48,227 nucleotides of DNA from Chiloscyllium plagiosum (Eukaryota): contig NC_057751.1 in assembly GCF_004010195.1 (NCBI RefSeq), positions 739,045 to 787,271 of the forward strand. Reading direction: 5' to 3'. Each line of letters starts with the position of its first letter. Within the stretch, counting starts at the first letter, position 1. A model generated the notes under the pieces. That model did not search any database. It was not told where the DNA came from and worked only from the letters and a program-made list of their open reading frames with translations. A program made the position numbers and the translations under genes. This document shows, piece after piece, positions 11,080 through 22,082 of the stretch.

Positions 11080-11920
11080 TTCCTCCATTATAAGATCAAA
11101 TGTTGGGGTGTTAGCTGATGATTGCACAAAGTTCAGCTCCATTTGTGATTCCTCAGATATTGAAGCAGTCCATGTTCAAATGGAACAAGATCTGGACAAT
11201 ATCCAGACTTGGGTTGACAAGTAGCAAGTAACATTCATGCCACACAAATATTAGGCAATGACCATTTCCAATAAGAGACAATCTAACCACTGATCCTTAA
11301 CTTTCATTGACCAGAAACTCAACTGGACTCCCCACATAAATACAATGACAATAGAGCAGGTCAGAGGTTAAGAATACTGCAATGAGTAATTCACCTTCTA
11401 ACTCCCAAAACCTAGAAGGCACAAGTCAGGAGTGTAATGGATTATGCCCACTTGCCTGGATGTGTGCAGCTCCAACAACATGCAAGAAGCTTGACACCAT
11501 CCAGGAAAAAGCAGCCCGCTTGACTGACACTGCATTTATAAGCAGCCAATCCTTCCACCACCAATGCTCAGTCACAGCGGTGTGTACTATCTACAAGATG
11601 CACTGCAGAAATTCACCAAAGATCCTGAGGCAGCAACTTTCAACTCCCCCCACCCCCAACCACTACCATCTATAAGAATATGGGCATGGCATACATGGGA
11701 ATACCATCCCCTTCAAGTTTGACTCCAGGCCACTCACCATCCTGACTTGGAAATATATCGCCATTCCCTCAGTGTAGATTGGTCACAATCCTGGAATTCT
11801 CTCCCTCAGGCCATTGTGGGTCAACCCACAGCACTTGGACTGCAGCGGTTCGAGAAGGCAGCTCAGCACCACCGTCTCCAGCCAGCGACACCCACATCCC
11901 ACAAGTGAAAGAAAAAACAA
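11080..11920 (+). mobile_element. Second LINE family, RT C-terminal part and 3' UTR
   Basis: gctgatgattgc (xADD), PLAWMCAAPTTCKKLDTIQEKAARL, A-rich end. Confidence 0.75.
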
Positions 11921-12019
11921 GAATGCCTGAAATTATTTTTCAAAGAGGTGGCAATGGAGCTCCTGCGTTCAGGCCCTGTTGAAACCGGACAGAATTGGTT
12001 ATCAGAGTTCACCTAACCA

Positions 12020-12560
12020 CAACTTGCATTTATTTTGTGCCTTCAAACAGCTAACACACCAAAAGAGACATTACAAAGGCTACTAACAGTTTGATCAAAG
12101 AGGAAAGCTGGCAGGAGAGATAGAGAGGTGAAGAGATTTAGGAAAAGAATTCGAGAAATTCAGGCCCAGGCCAAGTGGAATGATGGGAGAAAGTGAGGGC
12201 TGCAGATGCTGGAGATTAGAGCTGAAAATGTGTTGCTGGAAAAGCGCAGCAGGTCAGGCAGCATCAAAGGAGAAGGAGAGTCGATGTTTCGGGCATAAGC
12301 CCTTCGGTCCACAGTGGGAATTCTCAAGAGGTCAGAAATGGAGTGGTGCAGAAATGTTTGAGGGTTTGAGGGCTGAGAGGTTTTCAGAGATGCAAAGGGT
12401 TGAAGCCATGAAAGGTTTGAACACAAGGAAGAGAGATTAAAAATAGAGGTCTCGGTGGATTGGGAACAAATGCAGGTCAAAGAGAACAGGTTGACAGAAT
12501 TTGATGGAGTGAATGTAAGAGTTTGAATGTGTTGAAGCATGAAAGGGAGCAAGGTGAGAC
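12020..12560 (-). mobile_element. Old L2-like LINE 3' fragment hosting a Penelope-derived insert
   Basis: acaacttgcattta tail; LSSLCSNLSWLQ resembles the L2 (ITP)xLxxLHWLP motif. Confidence 0.45.
12185..12305 (-). mobile_element. Short Penelope-derived hammerhead-type element (truncated in the core)
   Basis: Reverse complement gaagggcttatgcccgaaacatcgactc..gatgctgcctgacctgctg..ctccagcatctgcagccctcactttctccc. Confidence 0.75.
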
Positions 12561-12656
12561 ACTGGCCTGGAGAACCTTTGAAAAAAATCATGATTCATCA
12601 GAAATGAACCTGTCTTCCATGAACCTCACAAGCATCTGCAATGTTTTGCTTTCCAG

Positions 12657-12851
12657 ACATACTTCAATGACAACATTCTGATGCTGATACGTACCCTCGT
12701 TACTGGGGGTGGGACACCGGAGCTCGAAGAACAGTTGGCTGATGAGGATTCCCTGAGGGGTAGTATCCATGCTCAGGACAAAGTACAGCAGCGGAACCGT
12801 TGCAAGCTAGCACGAATCACCCTGTGTGACGAGCGCTTTGCAGAGTTTGCT
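12657..12851 (+). CDS. KCNU1: Slo3/KCNU1-like exon, 195 nt, phase 0-0
   Basis: ttccag|ACATAC...TTTGCT|gtaggt; [65 protein letters not shown] vs Slo1 [32 protein letters not shown]. Confidence 0.92.
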
Positions 12852-14043
12852 GTAGGTTATCTGTCATGTTCCCACACTAGGTGGTGTCTGAGTCTTCTTT
12901 GCTTGCGTCAAAAGGACGTACCAAGGTTGTCAACTTGTGAAAGGGGCTGTGATTCCTGGCTCGAGCCACTGAGTCAGAAGATTCAAACTCAGCTCACATG
13001 GCATCTCAGTGCAGTGTCAAAGTTGTGCTCCATCACAAAAATTGGCACAATTAAAGACAAAAGATGTCAATGAACTTATTGTACATAAATAGTCCAATCC
13101 ACTCAATTGGCTCAAGCTGACATTCATTATCCAGATCAGTTTCCTCTGATCCACACCATCATTCTTCCAGTTCTTTATCCATCCTGCATTTATTTTGCTT
13201 CCTTTAAATACCTCTATGCACCTCAGGTGGTAGTGAGCTACACATTCTCATCACTCTCTGTATGAAGATGTTTCTCCCAAATTTCTTCCTGGATTGTTTT
13301 GGGACTGTTTTACAGTTACATCTGGGAAATATCTCTTCTGCTCTCTACCCCTGGACAGAATTCTTTCAGGTTTCCCTGTTCCAGTTCCAGTCCTCAGATC
13401 ATGAAAGTAGTCTGTGCCCACATACAGCAAAACTTAACATCATTCAGGCCGGGTCTGAGAGTGGCCATACAAGAATTGTCTACGTCCAGGCAGAGAAACT
13501 CAACAGTCTTCCCTTGGCATTCAATGGTTTTATTGTTGCCAGGTCTCATAAATTGATCATCAGTGACCAAACTCTTCACTGTGCAATGTACATAAATACA
13601 TTGGTTGCAAAAACAAGTCGGAGCCTTCAAAAAGTTACTCAATCTGCAGACTCTTTGAAGACTTCCCAAAATAATACGTTTATTTCATCACTTGTGTAGA
13701 TATTTTTAATCAACCTATTCTTACATGTTATGACACGGATCAGGAGCTGGTGGGACTGGTTGCAAAAAACAATGCTGATGAAAAAGGTAAGATAATTTTA
13801 CTGACAGTATTGGCTTGCTTTTCAACTGGCCATGGTAAAAGGTAGTGGCTATGTCTGAGGGTAGAACTGTCAAGGAATCAATGCTGGAAATGTGAAGGTG
13901 GGTGCTTAGGATAAGGAAAGTTTCAAATATTTCAACAAAATTTGGCAACACCAGCAAATGACTTTGTCAAGATAAGCTTTTAGTAAGATAAAGATGTTCT
14001 GTCTATCAGCTGGGACTGCTTAGAGCAGCAGCTTGTCCATCAA

Positions 14044-15312
14044 ATGCAAGGACTGGTGAGCGATAGTCAACACAGCTTTGCGTGTGGAAAATCACGTCTC
14101 ACTAACATGATTGAGTTTTTTGAAGAAGTAACGAAGAGGATTGAAGAGGGCAGAGGTCTACAGGCTTCAGTAAGGCGTTTGACAATGTTCCTCATGGTAG
14201 ACTGGCTAGCAAGGTTAGATCATATGGAATACAGTTGGAGCTTGCCATTTGGATACAGAACTGGATCAAAGGTAGAAGACATAGGGTGTTGGTGGTGGGT
14301 TGTTTTTCAGACTGGAGGCCTGTGACCAGTGGTGTGCCATAAGGATCAGTGCTGGGTCCTCTGTTTTTCATCATTTGTATAAATGATTTGAATGTGAACA
14401 CAAGATGTAGTTAGTAAGTTTGCAGACCAAAATTGGAGGTGTAGTGGACAGCGAAGAAGGTTACCTCAGTCTACAACAGGATCTTGATCAGGTGATCAAT
14501 GGGCTGAGAAGTGGCAGATGGAGTTTAATTCAGATAAATGTGAGGTGCTGCATTTTGGAAAGGCAAATCAGAGCAGGACTTATACACTTAATGGTAAGGT
14601 CCTGGGGATTATTGCTGAACAAAGAGAACATGGTTCCTTGAAAGTGGAGTCGCAGTTGGACAGGATAGTGGAGAAGGCATTTGGTACGCTTTCCTTTCTG
14701 GTCAGAATATTGAGTACAGGAGTTGGGAGGTCATGTTGCAGCTGTACAGGGCATTGGTTAGGCCACTTTTGGAATACTGCATGCAATTCTGGTCTCCTTC
14801 CTATCAGAACGATGTTGTGAAACTTGAAAGGGTTCAGAAAAGATTTACAAGGATGTTGCCAGGGTTAGAGGATTTGAGCTATAGGGAGAGGTTGAGTAGG
14901 CTGGGGCTGTTTTCCCTGGAGTGTCGGAGGCTGAGGGGTAACCTTACAGATGTTTATAAAATCATGAGGGGCATGGATAAGGCAAATAGACAAGGTTTTT
15001 GCCGTAAGGTGAGGGAGTCCAGAACTAGAGGTATATGTTTAGGATGAGAGGGGAAAGATTTAAAAGGGACATGGTGGCCAACTTTTTCTCACAGAGGGTG
15101 GTATGTGTACGGAATGAGCCGCCAGAGGAAGTGGTGGAGGCTGGTACAATTACAACATTTACAAGGCATCTGGATGGGTAAATGAATACGAAGGGTTTGG
15201 AGGGATATAGGTCAAGTGCTGGCACATGAGACTAGATTAATCTGGGATGTCTGGTCATCATAGACAAATTGGATCGAAGGGTCTGTTTCCATGCTGTACA
15301 TCTCTATGACTA
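14044..15312 (+). mobile_element. 5'-truncated CR1 LINE (RT and 3' tail), frameshifted
   Basis: SQHSF..LTNMIEFFEEVTK, LVRPLLEYCMQFWSP..LERVQKRFTRMLPGL; ends ctgtacatctctatgact. Confidence 0.92.
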
Positions 15313-15571
15313 CGTAAGTACATTTTTTCATGGCTTGTGTTAAGCTTGCAGACTTCAATGTGAGAGCTACTGGGACATTAAGGCAAGCAGTATGTATGTG
15401 CCTGTGAAAGACAAGGTCAACACCTATGTTTCAGTTGTCCCAACATTCACCTTTCAAGGTTGTGTGAGAACTTCACCAGGTAGGTTTCAATTGCAATGTA
15501 ATGATTTGACCTTATTCATTTTATTCATGTATCGTCAGATGGTTTTTATCATCATATTTTGGTTTTACTAG

Positions 15572-15678
15572 GATGGAGGAAGGTACATGGATCTGTTTTG
15601 CAAAGCACTGAATGTTTATGGGATACTTTGCTTTGGAATATTTCGATTGCAAGATCCAGAAAAGCAATCAAAGAAGCG
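15572..15678 (+). CDS. KCNU1: Slo3/KCNU1-like exon, 107 nt, phase 0-2 (not in the ORF track)
   Basis: tactag|GATGGA...AAGCG|gtaatt; [35 protein letters not shown](R) vs Slo1 [28 protein letters not shown]. Confidence 0.92.
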
Positions 15679-15854
15679 GTAATTCTTTTGATTATTGTGC
15701 AATTTTGATGTACCCAGCACATCTATTCAGAGCCCTGACCACTGCATTTTAATTTGTTGACATCTGCCACAATTGTTGACATCTGTCACAGGAACATCGT
15801 AATATAGGAACAAAACAGAACTCAGCATCTCCAGTGAATCAACTCAGAATGCTA

Positions 15855-17458
15855 AAATTCACACAACACCAGGTTATAGTCCAACAGGTTTAATTGGAAG
15901 CACAACTTTTGGAGCGACGCTCCTTCATCAGGTGGTAGTGGAGGACACGATTGTAAGACACAGAATTTATAGCAAATGTTTACAGTGCGATGTAACTGAC
16001 ATTATACATTGAAAAATACCTTGATTGTTGAGTCTTTCATCTGTTCGAATACCATGATAGATTCACTTCTTTCATGTGTAAATCACAAACCTTTTTTATA
16101 AAAGTTACATTCTCAGGTTAACTGTAACAATTGATGTTAGCCAGATACTATGTTGAAGGTGTTAGCCCCCTGTGTTCCCTGTCTGTGCCATAATGTTTCA
16201 TCTCATTCTAATCTAAAACTTGAGTTAACAGAGTCTTACATGGATTCATGCAGTTTTTGAGAAAAGTACAATGTAACTCTGCAAGTACAAATTCACCCCA
16301 CAAATGTATATGTGTTTGCGTGTGCGCGTTTGTGTAGGAATATCTGTGCGTATGTATAGTGCAATGGTGGTCACCTGTAGTGTGACATGAACCCAAGGTC
16401 CCGGTTGAGGCCCTCCCTATGGGTGTGGAACTTAGCTATCAGCCTCTGCTTGGCCATTTTTCGCTGCTGCCTGTCCTGAAGTCTGCCTTGGATGATGGTC
16501 ACCCGAAGGTCCGAGGTCGAATGTCTTGGACTGCTGAAGTGTTCCCCAACTGGGAGGGAACCCTCCTGTCTGTTGATTGTTGGGCGGTGCCCACTCATCC
16601 ATTGCTGTAGCCTTTGCTCAGTTTCTCCAATGTACCATGCCTCAGGGCATCCTTGCCCACAACATATAAGATAGACAACGTTGGCTGAGTCACATGAGAA
16701 CCTGCCATGTACATGGTGGGAGGTGTCCCCAAGTGTAATGGTAGTATCCATGTCCACACTCTGACATGTCTCGCAGCGCCGAACGTGACTGGGTTGTATG
16801 GAGTTGTCCTGAAAGCTGGGCAGTTTGCTGCGAACAAGATCTGTTTGAGGTTTGGCGGTTGTTTAAAGGTGAGCAGTGGAGGTGTGGAGAAGGTCTTGGT
16901 GAGGTGCTCATCCTCATTGATAATGTGTTGCAGGAAGAACACACACACACACACACACATATATGTTTGTGGGGTGAATTTGTACTTGCAGAGTTACATT
17001 GTACTTTGCTCAAAAACTGCATAAATTCATGTAAGGTTATTAACTCACTTTTTATTTCAAATCAGTCTAAATATTATGGCACAGACAGGGAACACAGGGC
17101 AAACACCTTCAACATAGTATCTGGCTAACATCAATTGTTACAGTTAACCTGAGAATGTAACTTTTATAAAAAAGTTTTGTGATTTACACATGAAAGAAGT
17201 GAATCTATCATGGTATTCGAACAGATGAAAGACTCAACAAACAATCAAGGTATTTTTCAATGTATAATGTCAGTTACATCACACTGTAAACATCTGCTAT
17301 AAATTCTGTGTCTTACAATCGTGTCCTCCACTACCACCTGATGAAGGAGCGTCGCTCCGAAAGCTAGTGCTTCCAATTAAACCTGTTGGACAATAACCTG
17401 GTGTTGTGTGATTTTTAACTTTGTATACCCCAGTCCAACACCGGCATCTCCGAATCAT
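15855..17458 (-). mobile_element. Penelope-like element (Neptune-type GIY-YIG remnant) with inverted pseudo-LTRs and 14-bp TSD
   Basis: Minus-strand FSCDSANVVYLICC..WYIGETEQRL..VGEHF..GLNRD (16371-16757); arms ~15855-16313 and ~16958-17417 are reverse complements; aactcagaatgcta at 15841-15854 and 17459-17472. Confidence 0.92.
17335..17369 (+). ncRNA. Minimal type I hammerhead ribozyme motif in a Penelope pseudo-LTR
   Basis: CAC-CUGAUGA-A-GGAGC-guc-GCUCC-GAAA-GCUA-GUG: intact core, 5-bp helix II, palindromic AGCU in place of helix III. Confidence 0.7.
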
Positions 17459-17472
17459 AACTCAGAATGCTA

Positions 17473-17825
17473 TGCTCAGCAGCAGCAGTGTGTACAATCT
17501 ACAAGACACACTGCAGAAATTCACCAAAAATCCTGAGACAGCACCTACCAACTCCAAGACCACTTCCATCTAGGAGGACAAGGGCAGCAAGTTCCACTTC
17601 AAGCCACTCACAATCCTGACTTGGAAACATATTGCTCTTCCTTCACTGTCTCGCTGGGTCAATATTTTGGAATTTCCTCCTTAGTGGCACTGTGGGTCGA
17701 CTCAGAGCACGTGGACCGCATCAGTTCAAGAAGGCAGGTCACTACCACCTTCTCAAAGGCAACTCGGCATGGGCCATAAATGCTGCTCAGCCAATGATGC
17801 TTACAACCCACAGATGAATTTTTTA
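17473..17825 (+). mobile_element. Second LINE family 3' fragment
   Basis: Homologous to 11560-11915 (atctacaaga..cactgcagaaattcaccaaa). Confidence 0.75.
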
Positions 17826-18239
17826 AAAACCTGAAGGACTGATTGGTATTATAATTCTCCCATTTAATCCCCTTATCCAACAAAAAGCTACCCATCTCAG
17901 TTTTGACATTTTCAGTTGGTCCTCAACCTTAACAGCTTTTTGAAGGAGAGTTCTGGATTTCCACTAGCCTTTGTGCATGAAATACCCTTCTGAAAATAGA
18001 GGTCCTCTGCGATAACACGCATTTCATTAATGCAACTTTGATAACATGCAATTGATGAATTGGGGACACTGTATCTATCGCACAAACTTTTAATGCATGT
18101 CTTAGTTCTAACATGACTCTGGCCCCCATTAGTTTAAATAGTGCTGCTTTAAGTGATTTTCTTATAACACCAGATTACACAATAACAGAACCGTTACAGC
18201 AGAGCTGACTGTGTCCTCAAATGAGCATACCATAACTTT

Positions 18240-18365
18240 AAAGTAAAGCAAAGAACTGCCAGTGCTGACGATCTGAAACAATCTGTGGGGAGAAAACAGA
18301 GTTAATGTACAAGTCCAACGACTTGTCATCGGAATATTTCTGCAGAAGGGTCACTGGACATGAAG
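18240..18365. mobile_element. Old miniature inverted pair of Penelope-type termini
   Basis: Reverse-oriented tail (..gagttaatgtacaagtcc..gac) followed by ctgcagaagggtcactggacatgaa, a degenerate hammerhead-like head. Confidence 0.45.
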
Positions 18366-18423
18366 GTTGAAACTTTATTGCTGGAACAGCACAGCAGGTC
18401 AGGCAGCATCCAGGGAACAGGAG

Positions 18424-18459
18424 ATTCGACGTTTCGGGCACAGGCCCTTCTTCAGGAAT
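18424..18459 (-). ncRNA. Minimal type I hammerhead ribozyme motif
   Basis: AUUC-CUGAAGA-A-GGGC-cugu-GCCC-GAAA-CGUC-GAAU: helix I AUUC/GAAU, GUC cleavage triplet, palindromic ACGU. Confidence 0.75.
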
Positions 18460-18830
18460 GAGCAGAGAGTGTTCAGCAGGAGAAGATAAAAGGTAGGGAG
18501 GAGGGACTTGGAGGAGGGGCGTTGGAAATGTGATAGGTGGAAAGAGGTCAAGGTGAGGGTGATAGGTCGGAGTAGGATGGAGGCGGAGAGGTCAAGAAGA
18601 AGACTGCAGGCCAGGAAGGCGGTGCCGGGCGGGAGGGACTCGGCTGAGACAAGGTGGGGGGAGGAGGGATGAAGAAACTGGTGAAGTCCAAGTTCATCCC
18701 CTGTGGTTGGAGAGTTCCCAGTCGGAAGATAAGACGCTCCCCCTCCGACCGGCGGGTTGTTGTGGTTTGGCGGTGGATGAGTCCAATGACCTGCATATCC
18801 TCGGTGGAGTGGGAGGAGGAGTTGAAATGC

Positions 18831-19300
18831 NNNNNNNNNNNNNNNNNNNNNNNNNNNNNNNNNNNNNNNNNNNNNNNNNNNNNNNNNNNNNNNNNNNNNN
18901 NNNNNNNNNNNNNNNNNNNNNNNNNNNNNNNNNNNNNNNNNNNNNNNNNNNNNNNNNNNNNNNNNNNNNNNNNNNNNNNNNNNNNNNNNNNNNNNNNNNN
19001 NNNNNNNNNNNNNNNNNNNNNNNNNNNNNNNNNNNNNNNNNNNNNNNNNNNNNNNNNNNNNNNNNNNNNNNNNNNNNNNNNNNNNNNNNNNNNNNNNNNN
19101 NNNNNNNNNNNNNNNNNNNNNNNNNNNNNNNNNNNNNNNNNNNNNNNNNNNNNNNNNNNNNNNNNNNNNNNNNNNNNNNNNNNNNNNNNNNNNNNNNNNN
19201 NNNNNNNNNNNNNNNNNNNNNNNNNNNNNNNNNNNNNNNNNNNNNNNNNNNNNNNNNNNNNNNNNNNNNNNNNNNNNNNNNNNNNNNNNNNNNNNNNNNN
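18831..19300. other. Assembly gap
   Basis: Run of N. Confidence 1.
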
Positions 19301-21176
19301 NAAGGGGAGGGAGGAGTCCGAGATTGTCCAGGTGAATTTGAGGTCGGGGTGGAAGGTGTTAGTGTAGTGGATGAACTGTTCAACCTCCTCGTGGGAGCAC
19401 GAGGTAGCGCCGATACAGTCATCAATGTAGCGGAGGAAAAGATGGGGGGTGGGGCCAGTGTAGTTGCGGAAGATGGATTGTTCCACATACCCTACGAAGA
19501 GGCAGGCATAGCTGGGGCCCATGCGGGTGCCCATGGCTACTCCTTTTGTTTGGAGAAAGTGGGAGGATTGGAAAGAAAAGTTGTTCAGGGTGAGGACCAG
19601 TTCGGTCAGTCGAAGGAGGGTGTCGGTGGAAGGGTACTGGGTGGTACGGCGGGAAAGGAAGAAGCGGAGTGCTTTGAGTCCTTCGTGATGGGGGATGGAG
19701 GTGTACAGGGACTGGATGTCCATGGTGAAGATGAGGCGTTGGGGACCGGGGAAGCGGAAATCCTGGAGGAGGTGGAGGGCGTGGGTGGTGTCATGAACGT
19801 AGGTGGGGAGTTCTAGGACTAATGGGGACAGGACCGTGTCGAGGTATGCCGAGATGAGACCGAACTGGTCCTCACCCTGAACAACTTTTCTTTCCAATCC
19901 TCCCACTTTCTCCAAACAAAAGGAGTAGCCATGGGCACCCGCATGGGCCCCAGCTATGCCTGCCTCTTCGTAGGGTATGTGGAACAATCCATCTTCCGCA
20001 ACTACACTGGCCCCACCCCCCATCTTTTCCTTCGCTACATTGATGACTGTATCGGCGCTACCTCGTGCTCCCACGAGGAGGTTGAACAGTTCATCCACTA
20101 CACTAACACCTTCCACCCCGACCTCCGCCTCCATCTTACTGTCAACTTCACTCAAGTGGGTAATGTCTAAGCTAAGAAGCTGATGGATTGCATGGTCCAC
20201 TCCAGGGAGCTGAGAACTTCACCTAGACTGACTAGTGGAGTACTATAGGAGGTGGCATTTGCCTGGGCCATTAAAGTAATTCAGACATTACTCATGTGTT
20301 CTGTTAGGCACCATGATATAGTGCAAGGAAAACAGAATTGCTTTTGTGCTCATCAACACTACACAGACTGACGCCGCTATGAAAAATAAATTATTTAGTC
20401 ACTTACCTCAGTTGCATGTACCAGTTGCATACATCAGTCTGTTGCATTGACTCAAAACTTCAGTCAGGACAGCTGAGTTAATACAAAATCATTGTTGTGA
20501 CACAGACATTGTGGCAACCAACCAAATATAGCAACAGTGATCCAATGGCCAAATGATCTACTTTGTTGGTGATGCTAGTTGAGGCCAGGACACTGGACAT
20601 AATCCCATTGCCCTTCTGCAGAATGATGCTGTGGAATCTTTATGCTTCAGGAAGAAAAATCCATTAAAACATACTAGTCCACCTTTTCTTATATTCTTAT
20701 AATTGGAAACCTGGGATGACCAGGATGTCCATTTCCAAGTGTTATTACTGGCTTTTCCCTCTGGGTAAAGTCTCATCGGAAGTGAACTGCACACATTAAT
20801 TTGATATCTTTCAAGAAAAGAAATATCCTCAAGTTCTCCACAGGAGTGTAAAACAAAAACAAGCCAAAGAAAGTTTTTTGGACAGATAACCAAACCATGG
20901 CACCAAATTCCACTGCTTCAATTTGCCACTTTTGGCTCTGTGAGCGAAGTTGGTGTGAGCTGTTTTTAAAGAAAGTGCAAATACGATCAAAAGTAACATT
21001 CAAAAGCGAATTAGGTGAATAATTTAAAAGGAAACGTGTTGGGCTATGGGAAGGGGCAATAAAGTGGGACAGATTGTACAGCCTAAACAAGAGCCAGCAC
21101 AAGTTCAGCAGGCTGAATAATCTCCGTTTGTATTGCGTCATTCTGATTCTAAGTGATTTGTGCTGTTCTCTTTCAG

Positions 21177-21909
21177 ATTTGTCATCACAAATCCCTCTCC
21201 TTTATTTGAACTTAATATGACGGACTTCATCATGTGCACTGTGCCCTTCCACGACACACAAACCATGGCTACTTCCACCTACTGTCACAGAAATTACTCT
21301 TCCAAGTTTATTCCATTGCACACATTGACCAGAAAACATTCCATAAGATTCACAAAGGTTCCAAAGGATGGTCATGAGTCTGAGAGTGAGAATAGATTAG
21401 TCAAAGATGAGGAGAAACCAATTGAGGACAGGCACATTTTGGGCACAGACAGAGTTTTCGAAGACAATAGTGCCTCCAAAAACAGGTTAAAAACTTTGGA
21501 AAGGGCTGTGATTGACCAGTGGAAACATTTCAAAAGAACGACTGAATTGCACATGCATCCAAAGGACAAAACTAAATCTGTTAACATGACAGCAACTGAA
21601 CAAGCAAAGGCAGTGTCAGAATCCAGTGAAACCTCATTGGTGAGAATGTTTGAGGTGCCACCAAAACCTGACAAAGTAACCACAACTGGAAGCTTCGAAA
21701 GAGGTTCAATACATGAAGAAATTGTCACTGGACAATTAGAGATAACAAAACCTAATAGCGAAAACAAGAGCAGACAATCAAAGGAAGATCAAAAATCTGG
21801 TGAAGAAGCAGTATTTGATCATTCAAAGGAAGAGTTAAAATCTGCTGAAGAAGCTATAGCTGAGGAATCCAGAGAAGACCAAAGATCTGGTGAAACTGCT
21901 CCAGAGTGA
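21177..21909 (+). CDS. KCNU1: Slo3/KCNU1-like terminal coding exon (end of RCK2 and long acidic tail), phase 2 to TGA
   Basis: tttcag|ATTTGTC; (R)FVITNPSPLFELNMTDFIMCTVPF aligns to Slo1 [25 protein letters not shown] and Slo3 RFVIT..C..PF; open for 243 more codons to TGA at 21907-21909. Confidence 0.88.
21778..21906 (+). repeat. Coding 45-nt (15-aa) tandem repeat, about 3 units
   Basis: Units start 21778, 21823, 21868: SKEDQKSGEEAVFDH / SKEELKSAEEAIAEE / SREDQRSGETAPE. Confidence 0.85.
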
Positions 21910-21985
21910 ATTTTTCATGATAATTACATATGGGTCTGGCAGCAGATCTACTGCAACCATTTTTGTGTTTCTCTCACCATTAACC

Positions 21986-21991
21986 AATAAA
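21986..21991 (+). promoter_or_regulatory. Polyadenylation signal candidate
   Basis: AATAAA 76 nt after the stop, followed by T-rich sequence and then repeats. Confidence 0.6.
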
Positions 21992-22082
21992 ATTCTGACA
22001 ACACTTCTTTATTTACTTATTTCGATCTTCGACCTGTCTGCTCCTTACACTTACAATGAGACTGGGAAATTTTTAAGCAGTT

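Larger units (their letters stand above)
18366..20125 (-). mobile_element. Young Penelope-like element (Neptune-type RT and GIY-YIG end) with 5' inverted duplication, spanning a gap
   Basis: TMDIQSLYTSIPH, QTKGVAMGTRMGPSYA, LRYIDD, HFNSSSH..LIFRLGTLQPQGMN; 19340-19606 and 19859-20125 are 267-bp inverted copies. Confidence 0.92.

Noticed and set aside
15855..17417. DNA transposon with long TIRs
   Set aside because: Interior encodes GIY-YIG rather than a DDE transposase, and the repeats are Penelope pseudo-LTRs with an asymmetric tail
18548..20200. 550-aa ORF as a novel RT fusion protein
   Set aside because: Its N-terminus is the antisense reading of the inverted RT duplicate and its middle is a gap
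1224..21909. Calling the gene KCNMA1
   Set aside because: Divergence from Slo1 is far greater than expected for a vertebrate ortholog, and several Slo3-type residues are present
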